Source of the DNA: a bacterium
Lineage (GTDB): Bacteria > Krumholzibacteriota > Krumholzibacteriia > LZORAL124-64-63
NCBI GenBank assembly: GCA_020049465.1
Contig: JAIFKS010000024.1
Coordinates: 210-64,209 of the forward strand
Direction: 5' to 3'
DNA: 64,000 nucleotides
Made by a program: the position numbers and the translations under genes. The notes below the pieces were generated by a model that searched no databases, was not told where the DNA came from, and was given only the letters and a program-made list of their open reading frames with translations. Positions 11,587 to 24,189 of this stretch are shown here, piece after piece (within the stretch, counting starts at the first letter, position 1; each line of letters begins with the position of its first letter).

Positions 11587-12972
11587 TCACCCTTTTTGCA
11601 GGGGAGCCACACGCTTGAAAGTGAACGCAACCTTCGCCTTCACCGTCTTGCCCTCCACCTCGAGCAGCGGATAAGCCAGGAAGTTGATGGGCCCTCCGGC
11701 CGGCAGCGGGTCGACCACCAGGTCGCGCCCGCGCGACATCTCGATCCGGTTGGCCGGGTGATGGCCGAAGTAGTAGGTCGCCAGGCTGGAGTACTTGTCG
11801 GCCTCGCTGATGTCGACCGGCCACCACTTGCCTTCGGCGTAGAACTCGGCCCAGCAGTGGTAACCATCGACGCCGCCGGCGTCGCGCTCGGACGGGATGC
11901 CGGCGCCGATGGCGAATCGCGCGGGGATGCCGGACGCGCGCGCCACCCCGATGAAGTAGGCGTGGAAATCGGTGCAGTTGCCGGTCTTCACGTCGCAGGC
12001 GTAGGTGGCGTCGCCCTGGCCCCAGCCCTCGCCGTTCTTGATGTAGGCCATGCGGTCGATCACATGGTCGTAGATCGCGCGTGCGCGCACGAGGTCACCC
12101 GTCTTGCCCGCGACCACCGCTTGCGCGATGGCCACGAACTCCGGGCTGGCCGGCACCAATCTGTCGGGCGCCAGATACCGTGCCGCGTCGGCCTCGGCCG
12201 CCTGGTAGGGCGACTTCTCGATCCGCGTGACGTTCATCCGCATCTCGACCACGCCGCCGCTGTCCTCGGGGCCAAGCTCGACGTACAGGATCCGGTTGCC
12301 CCCGTCGCGGTCGCGGATTTCGCGCTGCACGCCGGGCGTCGTGACGGACAACATTTCCACGGTCTGGAACGCATCGGTCTCGGGCAGCGGCAGCCACATG
12401 CGCGCCGGCGCCGCCAGCTGCGGCAGCACGGCCCGGTAGGTGAATTCGAACGCGTCGGTGCCGCGCGTCACGCCCAGGTGGGCCTCCGAAGCGCGGTCGA
12501 CCGGAATACGCTGCCACGTCCCGTCATCAGCCTGATCCCAGGCGTAGTAGGGCTGCCCGTTCAACTTGTGAACGGTCGTGGCCGTGACCGTCATGGCGCC
12601 CGGATCACCCGCCATGAAAAAGTCGACGTCATACAGGTCACCGCTGGTGTCGGCCAGATCAACACACGCGAAATGCTCGCGCGGCCCCAGATTCGCCAGG
12701 TATTCGGTATGCACCCGCACCAGCTTCAGCCGCAGCGCCTGCCCCTCGTGGTCCAGCGCAAACGTGCCCCCTCCGGCCTGAACCTGCTCATCAACGTACT
12801 TCTCGATCCCCTTCTGGATGTCGGCGGTCACGACCGCCGCCGCCGGAATCGCGTCCCCCGCATCCGCCTTCCCGCTGATGATCCCCGCCCCGATCGCCCC
12901 GACCGCACAAACCGCCACAACCAACCCCGACCAGCGCCCCGCGCCCCCAGTCGTACTCTTTTCTTTCTTCAT
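11587..12972 (-). CDS. transglutaminase-like domain protein
   Basis: Start MKKEKSTT at 12972 with a GGGAGAG RBS. Membrane anchor. Core GNCTDFHAYFIGVARASGIPARF...GYHCWAEFY. Confidence 0.8.
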   Translation of the reverse strand: MKKEKSTTGGAGRWSGLVVAVCAVGAIGAGIISGKADAGDAIPAAAVVTADIQKGIEKYVDEQVQAGGGTFALDHEGQALRLKLVRVHTEYLANLGPREHFACVDLADTSGDLYDVDFFMAGDPGAMTVTATTVHKLNGQPYYAWDQADDGTWQRIPVDRASEAHLGVTRGTDAFEFTYRAVLPQLAAPARMWLPLPETDAFQTVEMLSVTTPGVQREIRDRDGGNRILYVELGPEDSGGVVEMRMNVTRIEKSPYQAAEADAARYLAPDRLVPASPEFVAIAQAVVAGKTGDLVRARAIYDHVIDRMAYIKNGEGWGQGDATYACDVKTGNCTDFHAYFIGVARASGIPARFAIGAGIPSERDAGGVDGYHCWAEFYAEGKWWPVDISEADKYSSLATYYFGHHPANRIEMSRGRDLVVDPLPAGGPINFLAYPLLEVEGKTVKAKVAFTFKRVAPLQKG

Positions 12973-13075
12973 CTCTCCCAACCTCTTTCCGCAGCCCGCG
13001 CCCAAGTGGTGGCAATTCCATTTTCACGCTCCGCCAAGCTACGCAAGCCCCCTCCATCCTGCACCCCCTCCGCGC

Positions 13076-13093
13076 ACTTGCGCCGGCGCAAGT
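13076..13093. repeat. 18-bp palindrome, exact copy B, intergenic
   Basis: ACTTGCGCCGGCGCAAGT, 13 nt from hairpin element copy 3. Confidence 0.95.
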
Positions 13094-13105
13094 CGCGGCG
13101 TCAGC

Positions 13106-13170
13106 CAGGCGTGTCTCGCGAACTATCCGCAGGAGCGAAGCGACGAGGACTGTTCGCGAGGCACATACCT
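13106..13170 (+). repeat. conserved-loop hairpin element, copy 3
   Basis: 13-bp stem 13111-13123/13152-13164 with one G-T pair, plus an outer CAGG/CCTG. 28-nt loop 13124-13151 is identical to copy 2. Confidence 0.75.
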
Positions 13171-13211
13171 GTCTGATGCCAGCACCATGCACCCATCGAT
13201 GATCCAGCGTT

Positions 13212-13257
13212 GGGGAAAAAGGAAAAAGGCCCCCCGACTCAAGGGGAGGCCTTTTTC
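13212..13257 (-). terminator. intrinsic (bidirectional-looking) terminator after the AraC gene
   Basis: AAAAAGGAAAAAGGCCCCCC-GACTCAA-GGGGAGGCCTTTTT. A GC stem flanked by an A-run and a T-run. Confidence 0.65.
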
Positions 13258-13279
13258 AATTCAGCTCGGCTAGTAAACG

Positions 13280-14254
13280 TCAACCGACCGGATGCGGGCT
13301 CTTTCTGAACTTCAGGGGAGACATCCCGCAACGGTCCTTGAACGTCCGCGAAAAGTGAGCCAGGCTGTGGAAGCCACAGCGCTTGCTGATCGCGTCGACC
13401 GAGAGGTCGAAACGGCGCAGCAGGCTCTTCGCGTTCTCGACGCGCACCTGGATCAGATAATCGCTGAAGCTCATCCCCACTTCCTGCCGGAACAGGTTCG
13501 AGAAGTAACCCGGCGACAGGTTGACCATTTCGGCCATCTTGTCGCGGTTGATGTTCTCGTGGAAATGCGCCAGCACGTAGCGGCACGCGTACTCGGCCCT
13601 GTAATCCTGCAGCATGTGCGACGCGTGGATCGTGTTGCCCTGCTCGTCGACCAAGACGATCTCCGGCAGGTTCTCGCTCCACAGATCTTCGTCGCCCGGG
13701 ATCGTGTGCGGCCCCGTGTCCAGCTGCTGTCCGGCGGTCTTCTCGACCAGCGGATGCACGCTGCCGGGATGGCCGGCCGTCATCGCGTTGAGGAATTCTG
13801 TAACCATGCGCGCGGCTTTGACCACGTTGGACTTACGAGCCACGAGCATCGGTGCGTTCGCCTGCGTGACGGTTCCCACCAGAGCAGCCCGCAGCGCATC
13901 GGGCGTCTCGGCAGCGTACACGAAGACCAGAGAAGCTGCGGCCATCGACTCGGTCGTTTCGCCCTCTTGCATCCGGTGCATGAGGATCTGCGAACCGAAG
14001 AGTGCCAGGCACAGCTCCGTCGTGTTGGTTTCAGCCCGCGGACAATAGAAAAGAATCCGCTGACTTTCCTCCCTTCCCTGGATCAGGTGCTTCGGATAAG
14101 TCGGAAACTCAATCACGAAACAGGTCCACGGTTCTTTGAGAGGTTCGTACCTTTCTTCCACAATTAAACCCCCAAGCGAGCACATTCTTGGGCAGCGCAT
14201 CGGTGTATTGAACAACAAATTTTCATGCCGGACGTGATATAGCATACTAGTCAT
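13280..14254 (-). CDS. AraC family transcriptional regulator (start uncertain)
   Basis: C-terminal double HTH: FHENINRDKMAEMVNLSPGYFSNLFRQEVGMSFSDYLIQVRVENAKSLL...GFHSLAHFSRTFKDRCGMSP. Visibly lower GC than neighbours. Confidence 0.8.
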   Translation of the reverse strand: MTSMLYHVRHENLLFNTPMRCPRMCSLGGLIVEERYEPLKEPWTCFVIEFPTYPKHLIQGREESQRILFYCPRAETNTTELCLALFGSQILMHRMQEGETTESMAAASLVFVYAAETPDALRAALVGTVTQANAPMLVARKSNVVKAARMVTEFLNAMTAGHPGSVHPLVEKTAGQQLDTGPHTIPGDEDLWSENLPEIVLVDEQGNTIHASHMLQDYRAEYACRYVLAHFHENINRDKMAEMVNLSPGYFSNLFRQEVGMSFSDYLIQVRVENAKSLLRRFDLSVDAISKRCGFHSLAHFSRTFKDRCGMSPLKFRKSPHPVG

Positions 14255-14452
14255 TGCGGGGAGTTGTCCATGAAAAAAACAATATGATTACGTTTTATTT
14301 CTCTCGATAGCGCCATAATGCGGCCGGAATGTGGTGGATATTTGTCGGGTTAAAACAAGATAAGTGTGCCCATGAAGCGCATTTGCGCACCAAGTGCAAA
14401 AAACAGACGCAGCGAGGGCCACAAACTGGCTGAATCCCTGTCAATGCAGAAC

Positions 14453-15133
14453 TTACGGCTGAACCCGCGACCCCGTCGCGACCGCCTCAAAGAAGGCGCG
14501 CAACCGTCCCGGATTCAGGTGTCCTTCTGACCTGACGCCACTGCAGACATCGACGGCGAATGGCCTCACGGCGGCGATGGCCGCGGCGACGTTTTCGGCC
14601 GTCAAGCCACCCGCCAGGAAGACCGGCACCGGCGAAGCCTGCACGATACGCCGGCTCAGGGCCCAGTCGTGCACGCGCCCGGTGCCCCCCAATTCGGGCA
14701 CTTTCGCCCCAGGATTACCGGAATCCAGCAGCAGCGCATGGGCTTCGAGAGCCGCTTCGCGGGCCTGGTCCAGGGCCTCTTCCCCGGTCACGTGGATGAC
14801 CTGGACCAGGCGGATTCCCGGCAGCGCGGCCTTCAGTTGGCGCCTGGCCGCCGGGGTCACCGAGGCCACCAACTGGATGACGGAGGTGCGGCAGCGCCGG
14901 TGCTGGTTGATGATTTCTTCAGGATCACGAAGAGAGGTCAACAGGAAGGTCGCCACCGGCGGCGGCACGATGGCCGCGATCTCGGCAATGCGCTCTTCGG
15001 GGATCACGCCCGGCCCGCTCGGCATCGCCGACACGAGCCCGAGCGCCGAGGCGCCGGCGTCGATGGCCAGGCGTGCTTCGGCGGGGGTTTCGATGCAGCA
15101 GATCTTGATGCGGGGAGCAGGCGTCGTGGCCAC
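14453..15133 (-). CDS. trpF: phosphoribosylanthranilate isomerase
   Basis: GTG start at 15133 with AAAGGAGG 7 nt upstream. Motifs IKICCI, ALGLV, LLDS..GGTG and FLAGGL. Confidence 0.85.
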   Translation of the reverse strand: MATTPAPRIKICCIETPAEARLAIDAGASALGLVSAMPSGPGVIPEERIAEIAAIVPPPVATFLLTSLRDPEEIINQHRRCRTSVIQLVASVTPAARRQLKAALPGIRLVQVIHVTGEEALDQAREAALEAHALLLDSGNPGAKVPELGGTGRVHDWALSRRIVQASPVPVFLAGGLTAENVAAAIAAVRPFAVDVCSGVRSEGHLNPGRLRAFFEAVATGSRVQP

Positions 15134-15437
15134 GGACCGGCCTCCTTTTATCGCGTTGTCCGGTCGGCTCAGTTCCCGCGCCCCACAATACCTCTGCGGC
15201 GAAGCGTGCAGAACGGGAAATGAGGGCCTGGTTTTCTTTGAGCTCCGTGTTCCACCCGTGCCGCCGTAAGGAGATCTGCGGGTTATCGATGGCTTCGACG
15301 ACGACGGCGGCGGCTCCGAGGGAAAGCAGCACATCCTTCAGGTCGCACCCGACCACGCCAGGCAGACGGTTCCTGCGCCCTGGCCCGCAACCCGATATCC
15401 GGCTGTCCTGGCTCAACCGTGAATCAATTGAGGCCCC

Positions 15438-15758
15438 TCAGACTATAGGCCAAGAGAAGACAGGCGACGAACGGCCAGGCCCCGTGATGACGATGATGTC
15501 AAGAGAGTCGCCGAGTGCCGCGATGGTGCCCTCGTAGCGAACCCCGGCCACCGTGGTCAGCCTGATGCCGGCGCCCGGGCGAGCCGGCCGCCACGAGTCC
15601 GGGGTGGCTGGATTTCCCGTCGGAACCGCCAGATGCCCGAAGGTCGGCGTATAGCCGGCGCTGCAAAGCATCCAGATCAACGAGATCGTCAGAGTGGCGT
15701 AGTCAAACGGCACCGCTTCCCAAAGCCCGCCAAACTCAAACGAATTCATGAGGCGCAA
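15438..15758 (-). CDS. hypothetical ORF or possible gene remnant
   Basis: TTG-initiated ORF. The frame is open a further 41 codons upstream with no ATG/GTG/TTG. No domain recognised. Lower GC. Confidence 0.2.
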   Translation of the reverse strand: MRLMNSFEFGGLWEAVPFDYATLTISLIWMLCSAGYTPTFGHLAVPTGNPATPDSWRPARPGAGIRLTTVAGVRYEGTIAALGDSLDIIVITGPGRSSPVFSWPIV

Positions 15759-16095
15759 GTAGGGGTAGGAGTAGCCGGAATTCGGCAGGTTGGCGCAATC
15801 CAGAGACAGGAGGACGCCGAACGCATCGTCAGCGGAATCGTGACCGCTCTCAAAATAGAGCCGATACAGGTCGCCGTCGCGATACTAGTCACGAGCTGGG
15901 TTCGTGCGCGCAGGAAATCGTTCCTGTAGGCGGGGCTTGGGCCTGAAGCTCATCCCGCAGGCCCGTGCCACCACCCTGATGACCAGCTTCGCCCGGGGCG
16001 ACCGCGTCGGCTTCCATGCCCCGGGCGGCGTGCATACATGGGCTGTACTGGAACCGGCGATCGGGCTTTCGGCATGCCGCCCGTGAGCCCGGGGC

Positions 16096-16113
16096 GCTTG
16101 CGCCGGCGCAACA
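16096..16113. repeat. 18-bp palindrome family, degenerate copy C (15/18, core intact)
   Basis: GCTTGCGCCGGCGCAACA. Confidence 0.7.
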
Positions 16114-16231
16114 TTCGGCGCCACCAACGGAATCGCTGTAGTCCGACACCGCCCCCGCCGCATTTGCCAGGCACGCCTCGTCAACACTCTGGAAGCAGAA
16201 CACCGTCAAGCGGGTGCGCGCCAGGGGCGAT

Positions 16232-18931
16232 CTACTCCGCTTCGTCGTCGGGCATCAAGTCGTCGGGCATCACGTCGTCCGGCGCATCATCACCGGCCAC
16301 CTCGTCATCCCCCAACTCATCCTCCACGACATCCGCGTCGACCTCCACCGGCCCCGCCGCCCGCCTCTCCGCCGCCGCCGCCACCGCCGCCGCCTCTTCC
16401 GCCGCCTCCGCGTCCTCCCGCGAAATCTTCGCGGTCGAAGCCACGAGGTCGCCCTCGTTCAGGTTGATGATCCGCACGCCCTGCGTGTTGCGCCCCTGCT
16501 CGCTGACTTCGTCCAGCCCGATGCGGATCATGATGCCGCGGCGCGTGATCACCATCAGCTCGTCGCCGGGGTGCACGTCGCGGATGGCCAGCAGCGGGCC
16601 GTTGCGGTCCGAGCACTTGATCGTGATCAGGCCCTTGCCGCCGCGGCCCTGCAGGCGGTAGTCCGCCAGCGGGGTGCGCTTGCCGTAGCCGTTCTCGGTG
16701 ACGGCCAACAGGGCGCCGCTTTCGTCCTTGGCGCTGACGACGACCATGCCGATCACGCGCTCGCCGTCTTCCAGGCTGATGCCGCGCACGCCGCGGGCGG
16801 TGCGGCCCATCGAGCGGGCCTTTTCCTCCTCGAAGCGGATCGACATGCCGTCGCTGGTGGCCAGGATGATGTCGCTGGTGCCGTCGGTTTCGCGCACCGC
16901 CACCAGGTGCTCGCCATCGAGCAGGCTGATGGCGCGGATGCCGGCCGCGCGCGGCCGGGCGAATTCGGTCAGCGGGGTGCGCTTGACCTGGCCCTGGTCA
17001 GTGGCGAACGCGAGGTAGCTGTCCTTGCTGAACTCGCGCACCGGCACGACCGCATGGATGCGGTCGCCGGGCTGGATCTGGATCAGGTTGACCAGCGGCT
17101 GGCCCTTGCTGGTCCGGTTGGTCTTCGGGATGCGGTGCACCTTCAGCCAGTGCAGTTGGCCGCTCTCGGTCAGCACCAGCAGGTACTGGTGCGTGGTGGC
17201 GATGAACAGGTTGTCGACGAAGTCCTCGTCCTTCGTGCCCATCGCCGTGATGCCCTTGCCGCCGCGGCCCTGCTGGCGGTAGGTGTCCACCGGAATGCGT
17301 TTCGCGTAGCCCTGGTTGCTGATCGTGACGACCATCGGTTCGTCGGCGATCAGGTCCTCCAGGCCGATTTCGCCTTCGTCCTCCACGATCTGCGTGCGGC
17401 GGTCGTCGGCATAGGCTTCGCGGACCTGCAGCACTTCTTCGCGGACGATCTGCAGCACCAGCGCCCGGCTGGCCAGGATGGCCTTCAGCCCGGTGATCTT
17501 CTCGATCAGGTCGCGGTACTCGTCCTCGATCTTCTGGCGCTCGAGTCCGGTCAGCCGCGCCAGCCGCAGGTCCAGGATCGCCTGGGCCTGGATCTCCGAC
17601 AGCCCGAACGACTCCATCAGGGCCGTGCGGGCAGCTTCGGTCGAGGCGCTGGCCCGGATCAGGGCGACGATGGCGTCGATGTTGTCCAGGGCGATGCGGT
17701 AGCCCTCGAGGATATGGGCGCGTTCCTCGGCCTTCCGCAGTTCGTAGCGCGTGCGGCGGATGACGACTTCCTCGCGGAAGTTCAGGAACTCCTGCATCGT
17801 CTCCTTCATGGACATGATCTTCGGCTGGCTGCCGACCAGCGCCAGGTTGATCACGCCGAAGGTGCTCTGCATGAGCGTGTGCGCGTACAGCGCCTTCAGG
17901 ACGACCTGCGGGAAGGCGTCCTTCTTGATGACCACGACGATGCGCATGCCTTCGCGGTCGCTCTCGTCGCGCAGGTCGCTGATGCCTTCGATGGTGCCGG
18001 CCCGCACCAGGCCGGCGATCTTCTCGATCAGCGTGGCCTTGTTCACCTGGTAGGGCAGCTCGCCGACAATGATCTGGGAGCGCCCGTTTTCCAGCGGTTC
18101 GATCTCGCTGCGCGCGCGCACCAGAACGCGGCCGCGGCCGGTGGTCACGTAGTCGAAGATGCCGCGGCGGCCGTGGATGACGCCGCCGGTCGGGAAGTCG
18201 GGGCCCTGCACATACTGCAGCATCTCGTGCGGCAACATGTCCGGGTTGTCCATCAGCGCGATCAGGCCGTCGCAGATCTCGCCCATGTTGTGGGGCGGGA
18301 TCTTCGTCGCCATGCCCACGGCGATGCCTTCGGAGCCGTTGACCAGCAGGTTCGGCACGCGGGCCGGCATGACCGACGGCATCATGCGCGAGCCGTCGTA
18401 GTTCGGCACGAAGTCGACGGTTTCCTTGTCCAGGTCGTCGAGCAGCTCGATGGCGAACTTCTGCAGGCGCGCCTCGGTGTACCGCTCGGCCGCCGCGGAG
18501 TCGCCGTCGACCGAGCCGAAGTTGCCCTGACCGTCCACGATCGGGTACCGCAGGCTGAAGTCCTGCGCCATGCGCACCAGCGTGTCGTACACCGACGCGG
18601 TCCCGTGCGGATGGTAGTTACCGGTGGTGTCGCCCGTGATCTTGGCGCTCTTGCGGTACGGCTTGCCCGGCGCCAGGTTCAGGTCGTTCATCGCCGTCAG
18701 CACGCGGCGGTGCACCGGCTTCAGTCCGTCGCGCACGTCCGGCAGCGCGCGGCTGACGATGACGCTCATCGAGTACTCGATGTAGCTCGAGCGCATCTTG
18801 CCGACGATACCCGCGTCGTTGATCGTCTCGCCGCGCGAAGGCAGCGGCAGGCCGGCCAGGGGGGACTCGGGCGTGGCGCCATCCAGGTTGTCGCCGCCGC
18901 CGATGCCGTCCGGATTCAGATCGTCCGCCAT
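16232..18931 (-). CDS. gyrA: DNA gyrase subunit A
   Basis: Motifs [30 protein letters not shown] and [11 protein letters not shown]-terminal beta-pinwheel repeats. Long acidic tail. Confidence 0.97.
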   Translation of the reverse strand: MADDLNPDGIGGGDNLDGATPESPLAGLPLPSRGETINDAGIVGKMRSSYIEYSMSVIVSRALPDVRDGLKPVHRRVLTAMNDLNLAPGKPYRKSAKITGDTTGNYHPHGTASVYDTLVRMAQDFSLRYPIVDGQGNFGSVDGDSAAAERYTEARLQKFAIELLDDLDKETVDFVPNYDGSRMMPSVMPARVPNLLVNGSEGIAVGMATKIPPHNMGEICDGLIALMDNPDMLPHEMLQYVQGPDFPTGGVIHGRRGIFDYVTTGRGRVLVRARSEIEPLENGRSQIIVGELPYQVNKATLIEKIAGLVRAGTIEGISDLRDESDREGMRIVVVIKKDAFPQVVLKALYAHTLMQSTFGVINLALVGSQPKIMSMKETMQEFLNFREEVVIRRTRYELRKAEERAHILEGYRIALDNIDAIVALIRASASTEAARTALMESFGLSEIQAQAILDLRLARLTGLERQKIEDEYRDLIEKITGLKAILASRALVLQIVREEVLQVREAYADDRRTQIVEDEGEIGLEDLIADEPMVVTISNQGYAKRIPVDTYRQQGRGGKGITAMGTKDEDFVDNLFIATTHQYLLVLTESGQLHWLKVHRIPKTNRTSKGQPLVNLIQIQPGDRIHAVVPVREFSKDSYLAFATDQGQVKRTPLTEFARPRAAGIRAISLLDGEHLVAVRETDGTSDIILATSDGMSIRFEEEKARSMGRTARGVRGISLEDGERVIGMVVVSAKDESGALLAVTENGYGKRTPLADYRLQGRGGKGLITIKCSDRNGPLLAIRDVHPGDELMVITRRGIMIRIGLDEVSEQGRNTQGVRIINLNEGDLVASTAKISREDAEAAEEAAAVAAAAERRAAGPVEVDADVVEDELGDDEVAGDDAPDDVMPDDLMPDDEAE

Positions 18932-18943
18932 GTGTTCCCTCTA

Positions 18944-21327
<2,384 letters not shown>

Positions 21328-21337
21328 GTGTGCCGCG

Positions 21338-22534
21338 TCAGTCTCCGGCCGTGATCGTCCCGACTTCATCCGTGGAGCCGGCGGCCGTGAAGCGGCCACC
21401 CTCCACGCGCCACGCGCTGAGACCCCCGGGCCGCCAGCCGGCGATGTCGTCGGTCCGCGCCGTGGCGACGAACACCTGGTGCTCACGCGATGACATCTCC
21501 TGCAGCCGCCGGGTCCGCTCCCGGTCCAGCTCGCTGAAGATGTCGTCGAAGAAGAGCACCGGCCGCATCCGGCGCTGGCCGAACAGCACGTCGCTGCGGG
21601 CCAGGATCATGGCGATGGCCGCGGTGCGCGTCTGTCCCTGCGAGCCGTACACGCGCAGATCGACCCCCTCCAACACCAGATTGAAGTCGTCGAACTGCGG
21701 CCCGGTCAGGGGCCTTCCGCGCCTGATTTCCGTGTCCATAATATAGTCGATTTCATCGAAAATAGCGCCCGCCAATTCCGCTTCCGGAGGCAATTCTCCA
21801 CCACCGGCCACCAGGCGCCGCACGACGCTCTCCAGGCGCGGCCGGTAGTCGCAGGAGAGCGCGCCCGGGGGTCCGGCCAGCGCCTCGTGGTTGGCCTGCA
21901 GGGGCGGCTCCAGCAGGCGCGCGTAGGCGGCGCGACCCCGGCAAACCGCCGCCGCGTGGACGGCCAGTTCGCGGTTCCAGGCGGTCAGTTCGGCGCGCCC
22001 GCGGCCATTGGCCGAGTACCCGCGGCGCAGGTCGTGCAGCAGGCCGGTCTTCTGTTTCAGGGCACGCTGGCAGGCCGACAGGTGGCCCAGGTAGGTCGGG
22101 TCGAGTTCGGCCATGCCCTGGTCGGCGAACTGGCGCCGCATCTGCGGAGCTCCGCGCACCAGCCCGATCGTGTCGGGGTTGAAGACGACCGTGACCAGCC
22201 GGCCGATCAGCTCGGCGCGCTGTTTCAGGGGCTCACCATCAACCCGCAGCCGCCGTCCGCCGCGCCGGTCCAGTCCGAATTCGCAGGCTACGACGGCGCC
22301 GGAATCCTCTTCGACCGACAGGTTGACGTGCAGGGCATCCTGGCCGAAGGCGATCATCTCCTCGGGCCGGGCGCCCATGTGTGAACGCCCCAGCGCGAAC
22401 CAACCGAGCGCCTCGAGCAGGTTGGTTTTGCCTTCGCCGTTGCGGCCGAGCAGCAGGTTCACCGACGGGGAAAATTCGAACGACACCTCGTCCAAGTTGC
22501 GGAAATTCTGGAGGGTGGCCGAAAGGATGCGCAC
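21338..22534 (-). CDS. recF: DNA replication/repair protein RecF
   Basis: GTG start at 22534 with an AGGAG upstream. Starts VRILSATLQNFRNL with Walker A GRNGEGKTNLLEA. C-terminal FDDIFSELD. Confidence 0.9.
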   Translation of the reverse strand: MRILSATLQNFRNLDEVSFEFSPSVNLLLGRNGEGKTNLLEALGWFALGRSHMGARPEEMIAFGQDALHVNLSVEEDSGAVVACEFGLDRRGGRRLRVDGEPLKQRAELIGRLVTVVFNPDTIGLVRGAPQMRRQFADQGMAELDPTYLGHLSACQRALKQKTGLLHDLRRGYSANGRGRAELTAWNRELAVHAAAVCRGRAAYARLLEPPLQANHEALAGPPGALSCDYRPRLESVVRRLVAGGGELPPEAELAGAIFDEIDYIMDTEIRRGRPLTGPQFDDFNLVLEGVDLRVYGSQGQTRTAAIAMILARSDVLFGQRRMRPVLFFDDIFSELDRERTRRLQEMSSREHQVFVATARTDDIAGWRPGGLSAWRVEGGRFTAAGSTDEVGTITAGD

Positions 22535-22638
22535 GGGTCGGGGCTCCTGGAGCGTAGGCGTCTGGGGCTGCGATCGCGGCGGCTCGCCCGCGGCCCCGAA
22601 AGGATAGGCCATGCCGGGGGCGGCGTCGAGTGCGGGGC

Positions 22639-22656
22639 GCTTGCGCCGGCGCCAGC
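22639..22656. repeat. 18-bp palindrome family, degenerate copy D (15/18)
   Basis: GCTTGCGCCGGCGCCAGC. Shares the GGGGCGCTTGCGCCGGCGC flank with copy C. Confidence 0.55.
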
Positions 22657-22691
22657 GGCCGAGATGTGTGTGACGTTGATTCTTCGAGATG

Positions 22692-22763
22692 GTTGACCTA
22701 TCAACGATTCCGGGCCCACCAACAGGCAATTCACGCCCCATTTTTAGTTGATAGGTCAACGAT
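22692..22763. promoter_or_regulatory. pair of 14-bp GTTGA-N4-TCAAC boxes (candidate operator) upstream of recF
   Basis: GTTGACCTATCAACGAT at 22692-22708 and GTTGATAGGTCAACGAT at 22747-22763. They are mutual reverse complements over 14 bp and lie in a locally AT-richer patch. Confidence 0.35.
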
Positions 22764-22873
22764 CTCCGGAATTCCACATGCGTGCAGAGAGAGCCCGCGC
22801 TCTTCACGGGGCGGCCTGGCGCCCGGCCGCCAACCCGGCTCGTCGCGGTGACCACATGCGCCGGCGTAAAGAC

Positions 22874-22912
22874 CAAAAAAGCCGGCCCCGCTGCCGTCAC
22901 AGCAGCGGGGCC
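22874..22912 (-). terminator. intrinsic terminator after dnaN
   Basis: Minus strand reads GGCCCCGCTGC-TGTGACG-GCAGCGGGGCC followed by GGCTTTTTTGG. Confidence 0.75.
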
Positions 22913-22939
22913 GTTCATTTCCAATCAACACAACCGTCG

Positions 22940-24079
22940 CTAGTCCCCTGCCAGCCGCAGCGGCATCAGCAGACAAACGACACCCATCTCCTCGCCCGTG
23001 TCCTGCACCGGCTTGATGAGCGCCGCGCTCTGCGAGTCCTTCAGCGACAGAACCACCGACTCGGCCTGCAGGTTCTTCAGGATGTCCTGGAGGTAGCTGT
23101 AGTTGAAGCCGATCTCCAGCGGGTCGCCCTGGTAGCTGACGGAGATCTCGTCCTCGGACTGGCTGCCCTCGGTGCCGCGCGCGGTCAGTTCCATGCGCCC
23201 GGCCTCGATGCCCAGCTTGATCTGGCTGGTGACGCGGTCCGCGGTGATGGCCACGCGGCGGATGGACTGCGCGAAGTCGGCCTTGTCGACGGTCACGAAC
23301 TTGTCATTGTCCTTCGGCAGCACGGCCTGGTAGTCGGGGAAAGGCCCTTCGAGCTGGCGCACCTGCAGCACGGTGCTGCCGGCGCGGAACGACAACTGGT
23401 TGGCGCCGACGAACACGTTGATGTCGGTGTTCGCCGCGTCCTCGTCCCTGGCTGCCGCCGCGATGCGCGGGATCTGCCGCAGACCGTTCGTGTCGACGAT
23501 CATGTTCTTCTCGCCGGTGAACTTCCAGTCCATCTGGCGGATGCTGCGGGCCAGGCGGTGCGCGTCGGTGGCGACCATCGTCAGCGACGTCGGGCGCACC
23601 TCCCACAGGATGCCCATCAGCGCGGGGCGCGTCTCATCGCGCGACACCGCGTAGGCCGTTTCGTTGATCATGGTGATCAGCGTGTCGGCGGTCATGGTCA
23701 GCCCGGACTTCTCCTCCGGCTTCTTCAGCACGGGGTAGTCCGCCACGTTCATCGTGTTCTCGGTCAGCCGCGACTTGCCGCTGGTCAGCGTGATCTGCTC
23801 GCCCTTCTGCGCGATGGTCACCACGCCGGGCCGCAGGCTGCGTACGAACGGAACGAACTTCACCGCGGGAATGGCCACGCGGCCCGGATCCTTCACGGTC
23901 ACCTTCGTGGTCGAGGTCGTGATCGAGATATCCAGGTTCGTCGCCGAGAGCGTCAGGCTCTCCTTCGTCGCTTCCAGCAGGACGCAGCTGAGGATCGGCA
24001 GAGTGGTCTTGTTCGGGACCACGTTGGCGATGACGTCGAGGGCCTTCTGCAGGTCCTCCTGCTGGATTTCGAACTTCAC
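22940..24079 (-). CDS. dnaN: DNA polymerase III beta sliding clamp
   Basis: GTG start at 24079 with GGAGG 8 nt upstream. Starts VKFEIQQEDLQKALDVIANVVPNKTTLPILSCVLLEA. Confidence 0.95.
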   Translation of the reverse strand: MKFEIQQEDLQKALDVIANVVPNKTTLPILSCVLLEATKESLTLSATNLDISITTSTTKVTVKDPGRVAIPAVKFVPFVRSLRPGVVTIAQKGEQITLTSGKSRLTENTMNVADYPVLKKPEEKSGLTMTADTLITMINETAYAVSRDETRPALMGILWEVRPTSLTMVATDAHRLARSIRQMDWKFTGEKNMIVDTNGLRQIPRIAAAARDEDAANTDINVFVGANQLSFRAGSTVLQVRQLEGPFPDYQAVLPKDNDKFVTVDKADFAQSIRRVAITADRVTSQIKLGIEAGRMELTARGTEGSQSEDEISVSYQGDPLEIGFNYSYLQDILKNLQAESVVLSLKDSQSAALIKPVQDTGEEMGVVCLLMPLRLAGD

Positions 24080-24189
24080 GGTCCCGGCCTCCGGGGTGAG
24101 TGGCAGACGATCTTCGCGGAGGGCCATGATAGGCGATGGCAGGCAGGCAGGCAAGCGTGTGATCATCCTCTCCGCCAGGCCTCTCGAAC

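Noticed and set aside
15889-16209. 106-aa TTG-initiated ORF on the minus strand downstream of gyrA
   Set aside because: It is Cys/Ala/Gly-rich with no RBS and contains a degenerate palindrome copy. I treat it as part of the unassigned gap rather than as a gene.
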